A stretch of 64,000 nucleotides of DNA from an uncultured Acidobacteriota bacterium (GTDB taxonomy: Bacteria > Acidobacteriota > Thermoanaerobaculia > Multivoradales > UBA5704), in the NCBI GenBank assembly GCA_963770895.1, contig CAVYRF010000002.1:3968001-4032000 (forward strand), written 5' to 3'. Shown here piece after piece: positions 1 through 10,188 of the stretch; positions within the stretch are counted from its first letter, which is position 1; each line of letters opens with the position of its first letter. The notes under the pieces are model-generated. The model was not told the DNA's origin, searched no databases, and saw only the letters and a list, made by a program, of their open reading frames with translations. Position numbers and translations under genes: made by a program.

Positions 1-2
1 AG

Positions 3-2777
3 GCCGACACCGCCTTGGGGACGGCCTTGAAGCGGCTGCACGAGGCGCCCCCGTCGCCACGCGCATCGCAGCCGCAGCTCGACGAGGGCTGGGAGAGGCT
101 CCTCCGCGGCTGTCTGGCGGTCGAACCGCGCGATCGGCCCACCGGCCCCCAGGTGCTCGACGCGCTGGCGCACCTCGCGGGGAGCGGCGGCGGCGGGCTC
201 GGCGGCGGACGCGGCGCGCGGCGCCAGCTGGCGCCGGCCGTCGGGGCGGCGCTCCTGGTGACCGTGGTCGCGGCGATTGCCGCCTGGCAGTGGGGTTTGG
301 CCGCCTGGCCGGGTGGGCGCACCCGCGCCGGCGCGCCGCGCACGGCCGTCGCCGTGGTGGGGTTCGAGAACCTGGCGCGGAATGCCGACAGCGCCTACAT
401 CGAGTCCTCGCTTCTGGAGATGCTGCCCACGGAGCTGGCGGCGGGGGAGCACCTGCGCCTGGTGGCGGGCGAGCAGGTCGAGCAGGTGCGGCGCGACCTC
501 GGGCTGACCAGCGCCCGCACGTTCGCCAGCCCGACGCTCGCGAAGCTGCGCCAGCGCCTGGGCGCCGACCTGGTGATCGCCGGAGCCTACCTGGTGGTGC
601 CCTCGCCGGATCATCCGCGGCAGATCCGCTGCGACCTGCAGATCCAGGACACCGCAACCGGCGAAACCGTGGGCGCCCTGCAGGAGGTCGGCACCGAGGC
701 GGGCTTCCTCGACCTGGTTTCACACCTCGGCGCCAAGCTCCGCGCGCGCCTTGCGTCGGGTCCGCTGACCGCCGCGGAAGGACGGGCGGTCAGGGCCGCC
801 CTGCCGGCGAACGACGCCGCGGCGCGCCTCTATGCCGAGGGCGTGGCGAAGCTCAACCGATTCGAGGCGATGGGAGCCCGCACCCTCTTCACGCAGGCGC
901 TCGCGTCCGATCCCCGCAACCCGCTCATTCACGCCCGCCTGGCCGCGGCCTGGGCCACCCTGGGCTACGCCCAGCGGGCGCGGGACGAGCTGACGCAAGC
1001 CGCGGCCCTGGCGACCCATCTCCGTCTCGAGGATCGGCGTCAGATCGAAGCGCAGCTGCGCGAGATCCAGGGCGACCCGGCGGGCGCCGCGGCCATCTAT
1101 GCGGAGCTCTGGTCCTACTATCCGGACAGCCTCGACTACGGCCTGGACCTGGCGCGCTCGCAGGCCAACGCCGGCCAGGGTGCCCTCGCCATCGCGACCC
1201 TCGATCGGCTCCATCGGCTGCCTCCGCCCGGCGACGTCGACCCGCGCATCGATCTGGCCGAGGCGGAGGCGGCGGTCGCCGTTTCCAGCTTCGAGACGGC
1301 GCGCGTGGCCGCCTTGCGAGCGGCGCGGCGAGCGCGGGGACAGCAGGCGCAGCTGCTGGTCGCGCGCAGCCGGTACTGCGAAGGCGTGGCGCTGCGTTCC
1401 CTCGGCCGGCTGCCCGAAGCGGAGGCCGCCGGCGGCGAGGCGAGCCGCATCGCCGTGCGGGGCGGCGATCTGCTGTTTGCGGCGCAGGCGCTGAGCTTCG
1501 TGGGTACGGTCCTGCTCACCCGCGGCGAGGTCGTGGCGGCGCGGGCAACCTTCGAGCGGGTTCTCGGCCAGAGCCGGCAGGTCGGAGCCGATCATCTTCA
1601 GGCCATGGTGCTGGCCAACCTCGGCATCTGTCAGCGCCGGCAGGGCGACTGGCAAGGCGCTCGCGACAGCTATACGGAGGCGGTCGCGCTGTTTCACCTG
1701 TCCGGCGACCGGCGTCACGAGGCCGCCGTGATCGAGAACCTGGCACAGATCCTCGCCCAACGCGGCGCGCTGCGCGAGGCGCGGACGCAGCATGACGCGG
1801 CGCTGTCGCTCTGCCGCCAGCTCGGCGATCTCAGCTCCGGCGCGACGGTCCTTCTCAACCTGGGCACCCTGGACCTGCAGGAAGCGAACCTGGCCGCGGC
1901 GGCGGCGCACTTTTCCGCGGCGCTCGCCACCTATCAGCGGATCGGCGAAGCGGGCGGGGCGGCCGAAGCGCAGGCGGGGAGCGGCCGGGTGCTCGCCGAG
2001 CGCGGCCAGCTCGATGCCGCCCGGCGGGTGATCGAAGGCGCCGTCGCCACCGCCGATCGGGCAGGCGAGCGGGGAACGGCGGCGAGCCTGCGGCTGGATG
2101 TCGCCCGGTTGGAGATCGCCGCCGGCCGGCCGGCCGTGGCCGCAGGCATCGCGCGCGAGGTGGACGCGGGGCAAGGTGCCACCGAGATCATCCGCGATTC
2201 CGCCGCGGTGGTGCTGGGCTCCGCGTTGGTGGCTTCGGGGCACGCGGCGGACGCCGCGGCAGCCCTGGACCGGGTGGCATCGGCGCTCATCCGCTCGGGC
2301 GATCTCGACGCCCAGGTGGAATCCGAGATCGTGCGCGGCCGCATCCTGGCCGCAGCGGGACAGGGCGCCGCGGCCCAGCGGCAGCTCGCCGCGACGGCGG
2401 CGAAGGCGCGGCGCCTGGGGATGACGCGTTTCGACATCGAGGCCAGGCTTGCCGCGGCTGAGGGGGCGCCGCAAGATCCCGCGACGCCGGAGCGGCTGGC
2501 GGCCATCGCGCGGGATGCCGCGGCGCACGGCCTTGAGCTGCTGCGCCGCCGCGCCACCGCGCGGCCGGCCGACCTCACCCAGGCTCCCGCACCCACGCGG
2601 CTGGCGCCGCCGTCGGCGCCGCCGGCGCCGTTGGCAGGCACCGGGTCAGGGGGCCGGACGGCCCGGTTTGTAGGCCGCCGGGTCGATCTGGTAGCGCTGC
2701 ATCTTGCTGTGGAAGTTTTTGAAGTCGATGCCCGCCGCCTGCGCCGCCCGGCTGATGTTGCCGCCGGCCGCCTGTAG
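3..2777 (+). CDS. Ser/Thr protein kinase with TM segment, TolB-N-like domain and TPR repeats (5'-truncated by window edge)
   Basis: Frame is open from the window start. Kinase C-lobe end (LLRGCLAVEPRDRP), hydrophobic segment, 'AVAVVGFENL' TolB-N-like motif, many TPR-like repeats (LANLGICQRRQGD, LLNLGTLDLQEAN). The 3' end overlaps the convergent gene by about 130 bp. Confidence 0.85.
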   Translation, partial: ADTALGTALKRLHEAPPSPRASQPQLDEGWERLLRGCLAVEPRDRPTGPQVLDALAHLAGSGGGGLGGGRGARRQLAPAVGAALLVTVVAAIAAWQWGLAAWPGGRTRAGAPRTAVAVVGFENLARNADSAYIESSLLEMLPTELAAGEHLRLVAGEQVEQVRRDLGLTSARTFASPTLAKLRQRLGADLVIAGAYLVVPSPDHPRQIRCDLQIQDTATGETVGALQEVGTEAGFLDLVSHLGAKLRARLASGPLTAAEGRAVRAALPANDAAARLYAEGVAKLNRFEAMGARTLFTQALASDPRNPLIHARLAAAWATLGYAQRARDELTQAAALATHLRLEDRRQIEAQLREIQGDPAGAAAIYAELWSYYPDSLDYGLDLARSQANAGQGALAIATLDRLHRLPPPGDVDPRIDLAEAEAAVAVSSFETARVAALRAARRARGQQAQLLVARSRYCEGVALRSLGRLPEAEAAGGEASRIAVRGGDLLFAAQALSFVGTVLLTRGEVVAARATFERVLGQSRQVGADHLQAMVLANLGICQRRQGDWQGARDSYTEAVALFHLSGDRRHEAAVIENLAQILAQRGALREARTQHDAALSLCRQLGDLSSGATVLLNLGTLDLQEANLAAAAAHFSAALATYQRIGEAGGAAEAQAGSGRVLAERGQLDAARRVIEGAVATADRAGERGTAASLRLDVARLEIAAGRPAVAAGIAREVDAGQGATEIIRDSAAVVLGSALVASGHAADAAAALDRVASALIRSGDLDAQVESEIVRGRILAAAGQGAAAQRQLAATAAKARRLGMTRFDIEARLAAAEGAPQDPATPERLAAIARDAAAHGLELLRRRATARPADLTQAPAPTRLAPPSAPPAPLAGTGSGGRTARFVGRRVDLVALHLAVEVFEVDARRLRRPADVAAGRL

Positions 2778-4208
2778 CCCGCGACAGATGTAGGCGCGCT
2801 CGAACTCCTCGATCACGCGACGCTTGGCAAGGCGGAAGCTCGACGCACCCGCGCCGCGGCGCGCCGCTACCGAGGCACGCAGCGCTTCGGGCAGATCCTG
2901 GGGCTCGATTTCGGGGCCGCGCGCCACCAGCACGGCGCGCTGGATGACGTTCTGCAGCTCGCGGATGTTTCCCGGGTAGTCATAGGCCAGGAGCAACCGT
3001 TCGGCGCGTGCCGAAAGGCGCAGCTCGACGCGGCGCTCGGCGCTCCAGCGTTCGACGAAGTGGCGGGCGAGGAGCGGGATATCCGTGGGCCGGTCGCGCA
3101 GCGGCGGCACTTCGATCTCGATCACGTTGAGCCGGTAGAGGAGGTCCTGGCGCATCTTGCCGGCGGCGACCCGCTCCCGCAAGTCGCGGTTGGTGGCCGC
3201 CACCACCCGCACGTCGGCGCGCCGCACGGCGGCGCTCCCCAGCCGTGCGTACTCCCCCGATTCCAGGACGCGGAGCAGCTTGACCTGCATGGCCGGGCTC
3301 ATCTCTCCCACTTCGTCCAGGAAAAGCGTGCCGCCGCGAGCTCTTTCGAACCAGCCCGGATGGTCGGCGACCGCGCCGGTAAAGGCGCCCCGCTGGTGGC
3401 CGAAGAGCTCGGATTCGAGCAGCGCCTCGGGCAGGGCGCCGCAGTTGACGGCCACGAACGGATGATTCCGGCGCGCGCTGTTGTGGTGGATGGCCTTGGC
3501 GACCAGCTCCTTGCCGGTGCCGCTTTCCCCCTGGATCAGCACCGACGCTTCGGAGTCCGCCACCTGGCTGATCAGCCGCAGCACTTCGAAGAAGGCGTCG
3601 TCGTGGCCCAGAATTGCGTCGAACCGGTATTGCGTCCGCAGCTGGTCCGCCAGCTCGGTGACCCGCAGCCGGAGGCGCCGGCGCTCCAGGGCGTGCGCCG
3701 CGGCCAGGGAAATGAGATCGGCGAAGCTCTCGACCAGGTCGCGGGTTTCTGGTTGGAAAACCTCTGCAGCGCTGCGGTTGTCCATATAGACGACGCCGAG
3801 CGGCTTGCCGGCGTCGAGGATCGGCAGGCAGATCACCGAAAGGATCTGTAGCCTCATCACGCTGCCGCGGCTCCCCAGCGTGTCGTCCGCGAGCGCATTC
3901 ATGCTCCAGAAGGAGCGCCCGTCCTTCCTCACGGTTTCGAGGATCGTGCGGCTCACTTCGAATTCGGGCCTTGCGATGTCCTGGCGATCGAGGTTGCGCG
4001 CCTCTTCGAACTGCGCCTGGCCATCGTCGCCGTAGAGCACGATCATGCCCCGCTCCGCACCCGCCAGCTCGATCAGGCCGTCGAGCGCCAGACTGAGGGT
4101 CTGATCCAAATCGGTGCCGCCGAGGATCTGCCTGCCGATGGCGAGCAGCTGCTTCACCCTGGCCGGCCCGCCACCGTCCCCGTCCGCGCGCGGCTCGATC
4201 GTGCTCAT
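2646..4208 (-). CDS. GAF-domain sigma-54-dependent transcriptional activator (NifA/FhlA-like, Fis HTH)
   Basis: GAF domain (LSVICLPI..GVVYMDN), Walker A GESGTGKE, GAFTGA, Walker B LFLDEVGE, PGNIRELQN, C-terminal GNISRAAQAAG HTH. Start placed at ATG 4208 (MSTIEP). Confidence 0.93.
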   Translation of the reverse strand: MSTIEPRADGDGGGPARVKQLLAIGRQILGGTDLDQTLSLALDGLIELAGAERGMIVLYGDDGQAQFEEARNLDRQDIARPEFEVSRTILETVRKDGRSFWSMNALADDTLGSRGSVMRLQILSVICLPILDAGKPLGVVYMDNRSAAEVFQPETRDLVESFADLISLAAAHALERRRLRLRVTELADQLRTQYRFDAILGHDDAFFEVLRLISQVADSEASVLIQGESGTGKELVAKAIHHNSARRNHPFVAVNCGALPEALLESELFGHQRGAFTGAVADHPGWFERARGGTLFLDEVGEMSPAMQVKLLRVLESGEYARLGSAAVRRADVRVVAATNRDLRERVAAGKMRQDLLYRLNVIEIEVPPLRDRPTDIPLLARHFVERWSAERRVELRLSARAERLLLAYDYPGNIRELQNVIQRAVLVARGPEIEPQDLPEALRASVAARRGAGASSFRLAKRRVIEEFERAYICRGLQAAGGNISRAAQAAGIDFKNFHSKMQRYQIDPAAYKPGRPAP

Positions 4209-4342
4209 GTACTCCGACGTACCACACCGGGCGTACACAGGCAAGTCACAACTGCGAAATGCTGGATGGCCGCACGTCGTCGTGTCTGCCAGGTCTGGTT
4301 CCGCTGCTCGCCGCCCTGGGACTGGTCCGCGTGCGGCGGCTG

Positions 4343-5098
4343 TCAGGCGGGCGAAGAGGCCAGGTCGGCGGCGATCTCCTGGAGCAGCGCGGTGCGGGAT
4401 GAGTTGACGAACATGTGGGCGCCATCCAGGACGACGGCGCGAAACGGCCCGGTGGTCTCCCTGCGCCACTGCTGGATCTCGGCTGGGTCTGCCTCCGGAT
4501 CGCACGTGCCGCAAAAGGCGGTCAGGGGCATTGCCAGCGGCGGCCCGTTGCGGTACGCGTAGCTCTCGACCAGGGCGTAGTCGCCGTACAGGCTGGGCAG
4601 CACCACGTCCAGCAGATCCGCGCTATCGAGAAGCGCCGGGCTGACCTCGAACGAGTCGCGCAGCGCGGCGATGAACTCTTCCCGCGGCAGTCCGCTGATC
4701 AAAGGCCTGCGGCGCGGCAGATGGGGCGCCGGGTGCCCGGACACGAACAGCCGCATAGGCAGCCTCCTGCCCCGATCGCGCAGCTCGCGCGCCAGCTCGA
4801 ACGCCACCAGCGACCCGACGCTGTGTCCGAACAGCGCAAACGGCAGATCCAGCAGCGGCTCCACCACCTGCACCAGCGCCGCAACCATGTCCGGGATGCG
4901 CGTGATCGCCGGCTCCCCCAGGCGGCTCTCCCGCGCCGGCGGCTGCATCGCGCAAAGGTCGACATGAGGGGGCAAGGCGTTCCGCCACAGCGCAAAAGAA
5001 GACGCCCCGCCGCCGCCAAACGGAAAACAGAACAGCCGCACCCGCTGCTCCGAGCCCGGCCGCCGATACGGCATCCACTTCGCCAAAGCCCCGCTCAC
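4343..5098 (-). CDS. Type II thioesterase (GrsT/RifR family)
   Basis: RLFCFPFGGGGAS, GHSVG nucleophile motif, LFVSG..AP, C-terminal GAHMF. Confidence 0.92.
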   Translation of the reverse strand: MSGALAKWMPYRRPGSEQRVRLFCFPFGGGGASSFALWRNALPPHVDLCAMQPPARESRLGEPAITRIPDMVAALVQVVEPLLDLPFALFGHSVGSLVAFELARELRDRGRRLPMRLFVSGHPAPHLPRRRPLISGLPREEFIAALRDSFEVSPALLDSADLLDVVLPSLYGDYALVESYAYRNGPPLAMPLTAFCGTCDPEADPAEIQQWRRETTGPFRAVVLDGAHMFVNSSRTALLQEIAADLASSPA

Positions 5099-5116
5099 CT
5101 TGCCGCTGCTCCTTTC

Positions 5117-5160
5117 GCGCCCTCAGCCCCCGCTCGCCAGCCGAGCCGGGGAGCTGGGCG
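5117..5160. terminator. GC-rich imperfect hairpin downstream of the MgtC-family gene
   Basis: cgccc..cagc.cccc.gctcg / cgagc.gggg.agctg.ggcg imperfect inverted repeat; no clear U-tract. Confidence 0.35.
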
Positions 5161-5275
5161 AGCATCATATGACGCGTGCCAACGTGCACCGTTCGCGGAT
5201 GGCATGACGCTCCGCCCTCCCCCGGGGCCCGATGGCGGACGCGCCGCAGGCGCGCCGCGATCGGGGCAACCGTCG

Positions 5276-5995
5276 CTAATCCTCTTCCTGGCTGGCGCTC
5301 CAACGCACCTGGAGCACGCCTGGCATACCGGACAGCTCCACCCATACCGGCGGCGGAAACACGTCCGCGGGATCGCCGCGCCAGCGGACCGTGCAGTTGA
5401 TGCGGCGTTCGCGCTGCGGCCCCTTCCAGTCCACCGTCCACTTGACGATCCGCAGGCCGGCGCGGGCGAGCAGCGTGCGCAGGTCCTCGCCCGCCGGCCC
5501 GTCCGCGGCGGCGATCACCTGCAGCGTTGCCTTCCGCTCCTCATGCAGCTGTCGTTCGAACCTCCTGAGCAGCTCCAGCGTGACCAGCGCAATGCCCAGA
5601 CCCGCCAGGCCGAGGCCGATCTGACCGCCGCCGAAGCAGAGGCCGAGCACGGTGGTGAACCAGAGCGTGGCGGCCGTCGTCACGCCGGTCACCATGCCAC
5701 CCCGCCGCAAGATGGCCCCGGCGCCGATGAACCCCATGCCCGATAGGATGCCCAGCGGCAGGCGCATCAGGTCGAGCACGACGTACGAATCGCCGAGCTT
5801 GCCACGCCAGGGCAGCATCTGGCAGACCTGCAGCATCGAAAGCGCCGCGGCCAGCCCCACCAGCAGCGTCGTGCGCAGCCCCGCCACGTGGCCGCCCCGC
5901 TTGCGGTCGATACCGATCAACGATCCGGCGGCGAGCGTGAGGGCCAGCCGCAGCGCAACGTCGTCCCATCCGATCAGAGGATTCATAGTTTGCAC
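5276..5995 (-). CDS. MgtC/SapB family membrane protein
   Basis: AGLRTTLLVG, ILSGMGFIGAGAI and GVTTAATLW motifs. Start could be ATG 5986. Confidence 0.92.
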   Translation of the reverse strand: MQTMNPLIGWDDVALRLALTLAAGSLIGIDRKRGGHVAGLRTTLLVGLAAALSMLQVCQMLPWRGKLGDSYVVLDLMRLPLGILSGMGFIGAGAILRRGGMVTGVTTAATLWFTTVLGLCFGGGQIGLGLAGLGIALVTLELLRRFERQLHEERKATLQVIAAADGPAGEDLRTLLARAGLRIVKWTVDWKGPQRERRINCTVRWRGDPADVFPPPVWVELSGMPGVLQVRWSASQEED

Positions 5996-6003
5996 CTCAC
6001 CCG

Positions 6004-6019
6004 CGGCACATCGCTTGCA
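6004..6019 (+). promoter_or_regulatory. Putative sigma-54 (-24/-12) promoter
   Basis: CGGCAC-ATCGC-TTGCA with exact GG-N10-GC spacing, about 47 bp upstream of ATG 6066. Confidence 0.65.
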
Positions 6020-6065
6020 AATGCGATGACAGCGGGAGCTGAGCTCTCAGCAAAGGGAGGGTTTC

Positions 6066-7814
6066 ATGGCGGAGACGGCGGCTGAGATCCTGGTCGAAAC
6101 TTTGATCGATTGGGGGGTGGATACCATCTTCGGGCTCCCTGGCGACGGCATCAACGGCATCATGGAAGCGCTGCGCACGCGGCAGGACAAGGTGCGGTTC
6201 ATCCAGGTGCGGCACGAGGAATCGGCGGCATTCATGGCCTGCGCCTACGCCAAGTACACCGGGCGCCTGGGGGTCTGCCTGGCCACCTCCGGGCCGGGCG
6301 GCATCCACCTGCTCAACGGTCTCTACGACGCCAAGTTGGACGGCCAGCCGGTGCTGGCGATCACCGGCCACCATTACAGCGATCTGATCGACACCTTTCA
6401 GCAGCAGGACGTGGACCTGGACCGTCTGTTCGAAGACGTCACCGTGTACAACACCCGGATCATGGGGGCGGCGCACGTCGAAAACGTTACCAACCTGGCC
6501 TGCCGCGCGGCGCTCGCCCGGCGCGGCGTGGCGCACCTCAACTTTCCGGTCGACCTCCAGGAGCAAAAGGGTGGCAAGCGCAGCCGCGACAACGTCGCCC
6601 GCCACGTTTCCAGCGTCGCCGCCGACAGCGCGCACCTGCCGGCGATGGACGATCTGCGGCGGGCCGCAGCGTTGCTCGACGCCGGCAAGCGCGTGGTCAT
6701 CCTGGCCGGGCGCGGTGCCCTGGACGCCGGCGCCGAGCTGGAACAGCTGGCGGAGCGCCTGCAGGCGCCCATCGTCAAGGCGCTGCTCGGCAAGGCGGCG
6801 GTGCCCGACGACAGCCCCTACACGACGGGCGGCCTCGGACTGTTAGGCACCCGGCCCTCCCAGGAAGCGCTCGAAGAATGCGACACGCTGCTGATCGTCG
6901 GCAGCTCCTTCCCCTACATCGAATTTTTGCCGGAGCCGGGCCAGGCGCGTGGGGTCCAGATCGATCTCGATCCGGTGCGCATCGGCCTGCGCTATCCGGT
7001 CGAGGTGGGATTGATCGGCGATGCGCGCGCGACGCTGCGCGAGCTGCTGCCGCTTCTGGCGGCGGAGCGCGACGGTGCCTTCCTCAAGCAGGCCCGCGAG
7101 GCGATGCAGACGTGGCGCTCGCAGCTTGCCGATCAGGCGCAGCGTATGGACAAACCGATGAAGCCCCAGGTGGTCGCCTGGGAGCTGGGCCGCCGCCTGG
7201 CCCCGAACGCCATCGTCTCGTCCGATTCGGGCACCAACACCACCTGGTTCGCGCGCCTGATCCCGGTGCAGCGCGGCCAGATGCATTCGGTTTCGGGCAC
7301 CCTGGCCTCGATGGCCTGCGGGCTGCCCTACACCCTTGCCGCGCAACTTGCCCATCCCGATCGGCAGTGCGTCGCGTTCGTCGGCGACGGCGGGTTCAGC
7401 ATGCTCATGGCCGAATTTGCGACCGCGGTCAAATACAAGCTGCCGGTCAAGATCGTGGTGGTAAAGAACGACACCCTGGGCCAGATCAAGTGGGAACAGA
7501 TGGTGTTTCTCGGCAACCCCGAATACGGTTGCGATCTGCACCCGATCGACTTTGCCGCCTTCGCCCGCGCCTGCGGCGGCCACGGCGTGACCATCGACGA
7601 CCCGGCGCGCTGCGGCGCCGCCCTGGACGAGGCCCTGGCCCACCCCGGCCCGGTGCTGATCGAAGCCGTCGTCGATCCCTTCGAAGCGCCGATGCCCCCC
7701 AAGATCGATGCCAAGCAGGCGGCGAACCTGGGCAAGGCGCTGCTGCGCGGCGAACCCAACCGCGGCAAGATCGCCGTCACCCTGATCGCCGACCGCGTGC
7801 GCGAGCTGGTCTAG
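6066..7814 (+). CDS. TPP-dependent pyruvate oxidase/dehydrogenase (PoxB-like)
   Basis: FGLPGDGING, RHEESAAFMA, TSGPGGIHLLNGLYDA, GDGG..N TPP motif; GGGAGG RBS. Confidence 0.92.
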   Translation: MAETAAEILVETLIDWGVDTIFGLPGDGINGIMEALRTRQDKVRFIQVRHEESAAFMACAYAKYTGRLGVCLATSGPGGIHLLNGLYDAKLDGQPVLAITGHHYSDLIDTFQQQDVDLDRLFEDVTVYNTRIMGAAHVENVTNLACRAALARRGVAHLNFPVDLQEQKGGKRSRDNVARHVSSVAADSAHLPAMDDLRRAAALLDAGKRVVILAGRGALDAGAELEQLAERLQAPIVKALLGKAAVPDDSPYTTGGLGLLGTRPSQEALEECDTLLIVGSSFPYIEFLPEPGQARGVQIDLDPVRIGLRYPVEVGLIGDARATLRELLPLLAAERDGAFLKQAREAMQTWRSQLADQAQRMDKPMKPQVVAWELGRRLAPNAIVSSDSGTNTTWFARLIPVQRGQMHSVSGTLASMACGLPYTLAAQLAHPDRQCVAFVGDGGFSMLMAEFATAVKYKLPVKIVVVKNDTLGQIKWEQMVFLGNPEYGCDLHPIDFAAFARACGGHGVTIDDPARCGAALDEALAHPGPVLIEAVVDPFEAPMPPKIDAKQAANLGKALLRGEPNRGKIAVTLIADRVRELV

Positions 7815-7881
7815 ATCTCCCGCTCACCGCGATCTGCCCGTCCGTCACGCTCAGTGGCCGGCCGTGGCCACCGCCTTGGGC

Positions 7882-9972
7882 TCAGGGTCTGGTCAGGACG
7901 AAGACGCCGGCGGTGGCGGTGCCGGCGAGAAGGGTTCGGGGTGGTGTGACGGCGGCGGCGATCGTGGTCACGGAGGGCGGCAGGCCGGGGGCGGTGAGGA
8001 GCTGCCAGGTGGCGGCGCCGTCGTCGCTGACGAAGATCTGCTGGCTGGCCAGGGTTTGGGTCAGCAGGTAGAGCGTTGTCGGGGTCGTCGGGTCGATTGC
8101 CAGGGTGACGACCTGGGCGTTGCGTGGGAGGCCGAAGGAGGCGGCGGCCCAATGCGCGCCTCCATCGATGCTCTTGAACAGGACGCGCTGGCGTTGGTGC
8201 CCGAGAGCGGCGTAGAGGGTGGGCGGGGCGCCGGCGCCGATCGGTCCGCCGGGGGCGACTTCCAGATCGACGAAGGGACCGGCCAGCGGCGACAAGCTGA
8301 GGGAGGTGCTGCCGGGGAGGGTCCTGAACAGGGCGCCCTCGATGAGGGCAAAGGCCTGGCGAGGGTTGGCGGGGTCGAGCCGGACCAGGGAAGCGTCCGA
8401 CGATTCCACTTCGCGGCTCACGGTGCCGAGCAGGCGCCAGCCGCGACCGAAGGTGTTGGTGAGGTAGAGCGACGGGTTGTCGCAGCCGAAGTTGAACAGG
8501 TACAAGGCATTGGGTGTGCAGCTGAGGCCGACGACCTTGCCGGGCAGCAGGGGATCGGCGGCGATGGCGAGCGCGGAGCTCGGCAGGATAAAGGACTGCC
8601 AGCTGTCGCCGCCGTCCACGCTGATGTCGGGCCCCGACACACCAGGCAGGCCCATGGCATAGAGCACGCCGGGCTGCGCATCGAGGACCAGACGAGCGAG
8701 GACGCTGCTGGAGGGCGTCAGGCTGCTCCAGGTTTCTCCGCCGTCGGCGCTGTGCCAGGTGGGCACGGCGAAAATCTGGCTTTCGAGCTGGGCGTTCTCC
8801 TCCACGTAGAGGGACCGCGTGCCCAGCGGACCCGCCAGCACCTGGGAGACGTCCAGGCCGCTGGGAGGCTGGGCGGGCAGGGTCCAGGTTCTGCCTTGAT
8901 CCGGGCTTCGTTGGATGCCGCCGTCCGGGATGAGAAAGAAAAGCTGGTCGGGAGATCCCGCGCCCGCGGCGAGGCTCCCCCCGGAAGGCAGCGAGGAGAT
9001 CTGCTGCCAGGTGGCGCCGCGATCGGTGCTTTGGAAGATTTGGCAGATGAGGGGAGCCGTGCCGAAGCCCGTTGCGCTGGCGTAGAGGTCACCTGACGGG
9101 CCGACGACGAAGCTGCCCAGCGTCGGCGCCAGGCCGCTGCCGGCCGCAGTCCAGGTGGTGCCGTTGTCGATGGAGCGGTAGACGGGCGCGCCGGTCTCGC
9201 CGGCGGGGCGCGCGGCGGCGATGTACAGCGCCGCACCGGGGGCGTCGAAGACACCGAGGGGAGCGTCCAGTGAGGTGAACGGGCTGAACGGGGTGCCCCA
9301 GGTGGCGCCGCCGTCGCTGCTGCGCAGGAAGCCCGGCGCACCGAGCACATAGAGGGTGTTGGGGTCGGAGGGTGAAACCGTCAGCCTGGCAGGAGTGTAG
9401 GCGGCAGGCAGGGTGCCCGTCACGGTCCAGGTCGCGCCGCCATCGGTGCTCCGGGCGACCTGGATGGGACCGCCGCTTGGTGCCGCTTGGGTGCCGTACA
9501 GGGTCTGGGGCGCGGACGCAGCGATGGCGACGTTCTGCACGGCATCGGTGAGGAGCGCCCAGGTGGTGGCGCCGTCGGTGCTTTTGTAGATGCCGGCGGC
9601 GGCGGACGTGTCCGCGGCGTAGAGCGTGCCGCTCGCCGTGGGGTCCACCGCGTCCAGCGTTACAGGCCCCACCACGGGAGCGCCGGTGTAGGTCCAGGTT
9701 TCGCCGCCGTCGGCGCTGCGCCAGACGGCGCCGCCGCTGCTACAGGCATAGATCACTTCCGGGCTGCTCGGCGCGCCGAGCAGGCTGCTGAACTGGCCGG
9801 CGGGCGGCCCGACGGAAGTCCACTGGCCGCTGCCGGCAGCGGCGAGGACGGGGGCCGCGAGCCAGCCCAAAAGGGCGAAACCGAGAGCCCAGGCCGGTGC
9901 TTCCAGGCGTGCTGTCCGGTAGCGGTTGTCGATCGGTTTCGAGGACATTGGCGCGCTGGGTGGTTGTTGCAT
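7882..9972 (-). CDS. Secreted BNR/Asp-box repeat beta-propeller protein
   Basis: Signal-like hydrophobic stretch followed by many S-x-D-G-G-x-T-W repeats; GGAGAGG RBS before ATG 9972. Confidence 0.85.
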   Translation of the reverse strand: MQQPPSAPMSSKPIDNRYRTARLEAPAWALGFALLGWLAAPVLAAAGSGQWTSVGPPAGQFSSLLGAPSSPEVIYACSSGGAVWRSADGGETWTYTGAPVVGPVTLDAVDPTASGTLYAADTSAAAGIYKSTDGATTWALLTDAVQNVAIAASAPQTLYGTQAAPSGGPIQVARSTDGGATWTVTGTLPAAYTPARLTVSPSDPNTLYVLGAPGFLRSSDGGATWGTPFSPFTSLDAPLGVFDAPGAALYIAAARPAGETGAPVYRSIDNGTTWTAAGSGLAPTLGSFVVGPSGDLYASATGFGTAPLICQIFQSTDRGATWQQISSLPSGGSLAAGAGSPDQLFFLIPDGGIQRSPDQGRTWTLPAQPPSGLDVSQVLAGPLGTRSLYVEENAQLESQIFAVPTWHSADGGETWSSLTPSSSVLARLVLDAQPGVLYAMGLPGVSGPDISVDGGDSWQSFILPSSALAIAADPLLPGKVVGLSCTPNALYLFNFGCDNPSLYLTNTFGRGWRLLGTVSREVESSDASLVRLDPANPRQAFALIEGALFRTLPGSTSLSLSPLAGPFVDLEVAPGGPIGAGAPPTLYAALGHQRQRVLFKSIDGGAHWAAASFGLPRNAQVVTLAIDPTTPTTLYLLTQTLASQQIFVSDDGAATWQLLTAPGLPPSVTTIAAAVTPPRTLLAGTATAGVFVLTRP

Positions 9973-10188
9973 GTTCGTCCTCTCCGTGTGGTGTCGGGTG
10001 CATTGGGCCATACCGCTGCCCGGGCGGTTTCCTGGTGCTCTCCGAGGTGCTCTCGATCAGTATACGGAAGGGAGCGCACAGGTGCTCAAATGTCGGACAG
10101 CTAAAGTCGCGCCGTGCCCACGATCCAGGTTGCAAGCGCAGCCCGCCGGCCTCTGGGGGGCCGGTTGCCGGGGGTGCCGACGATGCGA

